From an uncultured Verrucomicrobiae bacterium (GTDB lineage Bacteria > Verrucomicrobiota > Verrucomicrobiia > Limisphaerales > Palsa-1400), in the NCBI GenBank assembly GCA_963707025.1, contig CAVPOM010000006.1, positions 640,001-704,000 of the forward strand: 64,000 nt of DNA, given 5' to 3'. This document shows positions 62,763 to 64,000 of the stretch, in pieces. The notes beneath the pieces are model-generated. The model did no database searches. It saw nothing but the letters and a program-made list of their open reading frames with translations, and was not told the DNA's origin. The first letter of the stretch is position 1. Each line of letters opens with the position of its first letter. Made by a program: the position numbers and the translations under genes.

Positions 62763-63358
62763 TGGGCAGAAAGAGCGGAAACCTCCCCAGCCCTGCCCTC
62801 TCCGGCAAAAGCAGGTGGAGGAGGGGGGGAAGACGCAGGAGTTTTGTTTTTGGATTCCTCACGCATGGCGATGACCACCGCTCCCAGCAGCGCCGCCGTC
62901 AAAAGTACGCCGATCATTTCCAGCGGCAGCACGTAACGGGTCATCAATTCCACGCCGATTAAACCCGTCATTTTCGCCGGAATGTCCGCCGCGGGCGGAG
63001 CCAGCCGTCGCAGGCTGGGGCTGGCCAGCACCGGCAGGGCAATTCCAGCCAGCACCAGCAGGGCCACCGCCACACCGGCCAGCCACGAAGGCGAGGACTG
63101 GCGGCTGCCGGGCAGAACTTCATCCCCGCGCGTGAGCAGCACGGCAAACACGATCAGAATGGCGATCGCGCCCACATAGACCAGCAGTTGGGCAAATCCG
63201 ACAAATTCGGCGTCGAGTTGCAGGTAGATCACGGCCAGGCCGGCAAAAGCCGCGGCGGCGCACAAGGCGCAATGGATCAATTGCCGCAGGGCCATGGCCG
63301 CAACCGCGCAAGCCAGGGTGATGGCGGCGATCAGATAAAATGCGATCTCATTCAGCAT
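62756..63358 (-). CDS. nuoJ: NADH-quinone oxidoreductase subunit J
   Basis: AEFVGFAQLLVYVGAIAIL and YVLPLE..GVLL.AALLGAV. Confidence 0.93.
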   Translation of the reverse strand: MLNEIAFYLIAAITLACAVAAMALRQLIHCALCAAAAFAGLAVIYLQLDAEFVGFAQLLVYVGAIAILIVFAVLLTRGDEVLPGSRQSSPSWLAGVAVALLVLAGIALPVLASPSLRRLAPPAADIPAKMTGLIGVELMTRYVLPLEMIGVLLTAALLGAVVIAMREESKNKTPASSPPPPPAFAGEGRAGEVSALSAQD

Positions 63359-64000
63359 AACTATATTGGTGTTGGGCTGGTCTCCCGCCTTTCAAGACCC
63401 GGCCCAGCCAGACATACACACCCGCCAGCAGGCCCGTGCCCAGCAGCCAGCGGATTTCCAACGCGCCTGGGAATTGCCAGGCTCCGCTTTGCCACCAAGC
63501 CACCGCGACGACCAGGTTGACCAGCGCGAGCGGAACCAGAAATTTCCAGGCGAAATTCAACAGTTGGTCCAGACGCAAACGCGGCAGGGTGGCGCGCACC
63601 CAGATGAACAGAAAAATCAGGACGCTGAATTTGACCGCGAACCAGCCCCAGGATGGCAGCCATTCCAGCCACGGGGCCGGGGCCTGCCATCCTCCCAGAA
63701 ACAGGGTCACGCCCAGCCCGGTCACGGCGAAAAGCCCCAGGTATTCCCCGAGGAAAAACAGCGCGTATTTGAAACCCGAATACTCGGTCAGAAAGCCGGC
63801 AATCAACTCCGATTCCCCTTCCGGCAGGTCAAACGGACAACGGTTGGATTCAGCGGCGGCGGCGATCATGAACAGGGCGAAGCCGGCCAGACCCCAGGGC
63901 GTGAAGACGTTCCAGCGCGGCAGCCAGCCCATCACGAAGCCGGATTGGGCCTGGACAATGTCCGGCAGGGACAAGGAACTGGCCGCCAGCAACACCGGAA
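63348..64000 (-). CDS. nuoH: NADH-quinone oxidoreductase subunit H, 3' part (5' end beyond the window)
   Basis: AESNRCPFDLPEGESELIAGFLTEYSG and WVRATLPRLRLDQL. Confidence 0.95.
   Translation of the reverse strand, partial: PVLLAASSLSLPDIVQAQSGFVMGWLPRWNVFTPWGLAGFALFMIAAAAESNRCPFDLPEGESELIAGFLTEYSGFKYALFFLGEYLGLFAVTGLGVTLFLGGWQAPAPWLEWLPSWGWFAVKFSVLIFLFIWVRATLPRLRLDQLLNFAWKFLVPLALVNLVVAVAWWQSGAWQFPGALEIRWLLGTGLLAGVYVWLGRVLKGGRPAQHQYSYAE

Overview
A GC-rich bacterial window. Protein styles (prepilin/H-X9-DG gene, TIGR04073, C-terminal '...FFRL' surface domains, PocR-AraC regulators) suggest a Pedosphaera-like Verrucomicrobium; this is inference only. The window has four blocks. (1) About 1-25.6 kb, downstream of a tRNA-Gln 3' end with an integrase remnant: an accessory island rich in secreted CAZymes (GH53, sulfatase, CE1-like esterase, GH79, GH43-like, GH127, GH128 fusion, GH2). 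It is interspersed with gene fragments (IS66, ISL3, IS21 end, BlaR1, DUF2961, cpYpsA, 2H, alpha/beta hydrolase), a candidate SAM-lyase-like ORF and small Cys-rich genes. (2) About 25.6-44 kb: core and regulatory genes (ispE, TIGR04073, tatC/tatA, radical SAM, PocR-AraC plus a signalling cluster, a secreted protein plus prepilin-like gene, algI/algJ-like O-acetylation pair). (3) About 44.1-52.1 kb: a truncated dtd, CCGTTACA repeats and a REP-flanked two-gene putative defence cassette (Type IIG-like nuclease-MTase coupled to a PLD nuclease-SNF2 helicase fusion). (4) About 52.2-64 kb: the distal part of a '2M' complex I operon (nuoH-J-K-L-M-M-N, NuoL lateral helix about 26 aa longer) whose nuoN overlaps the start of pyruvate:ferredoxin oxidoreductase nifJ. 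All family calls come from motif recognition by eye; no searches were run.
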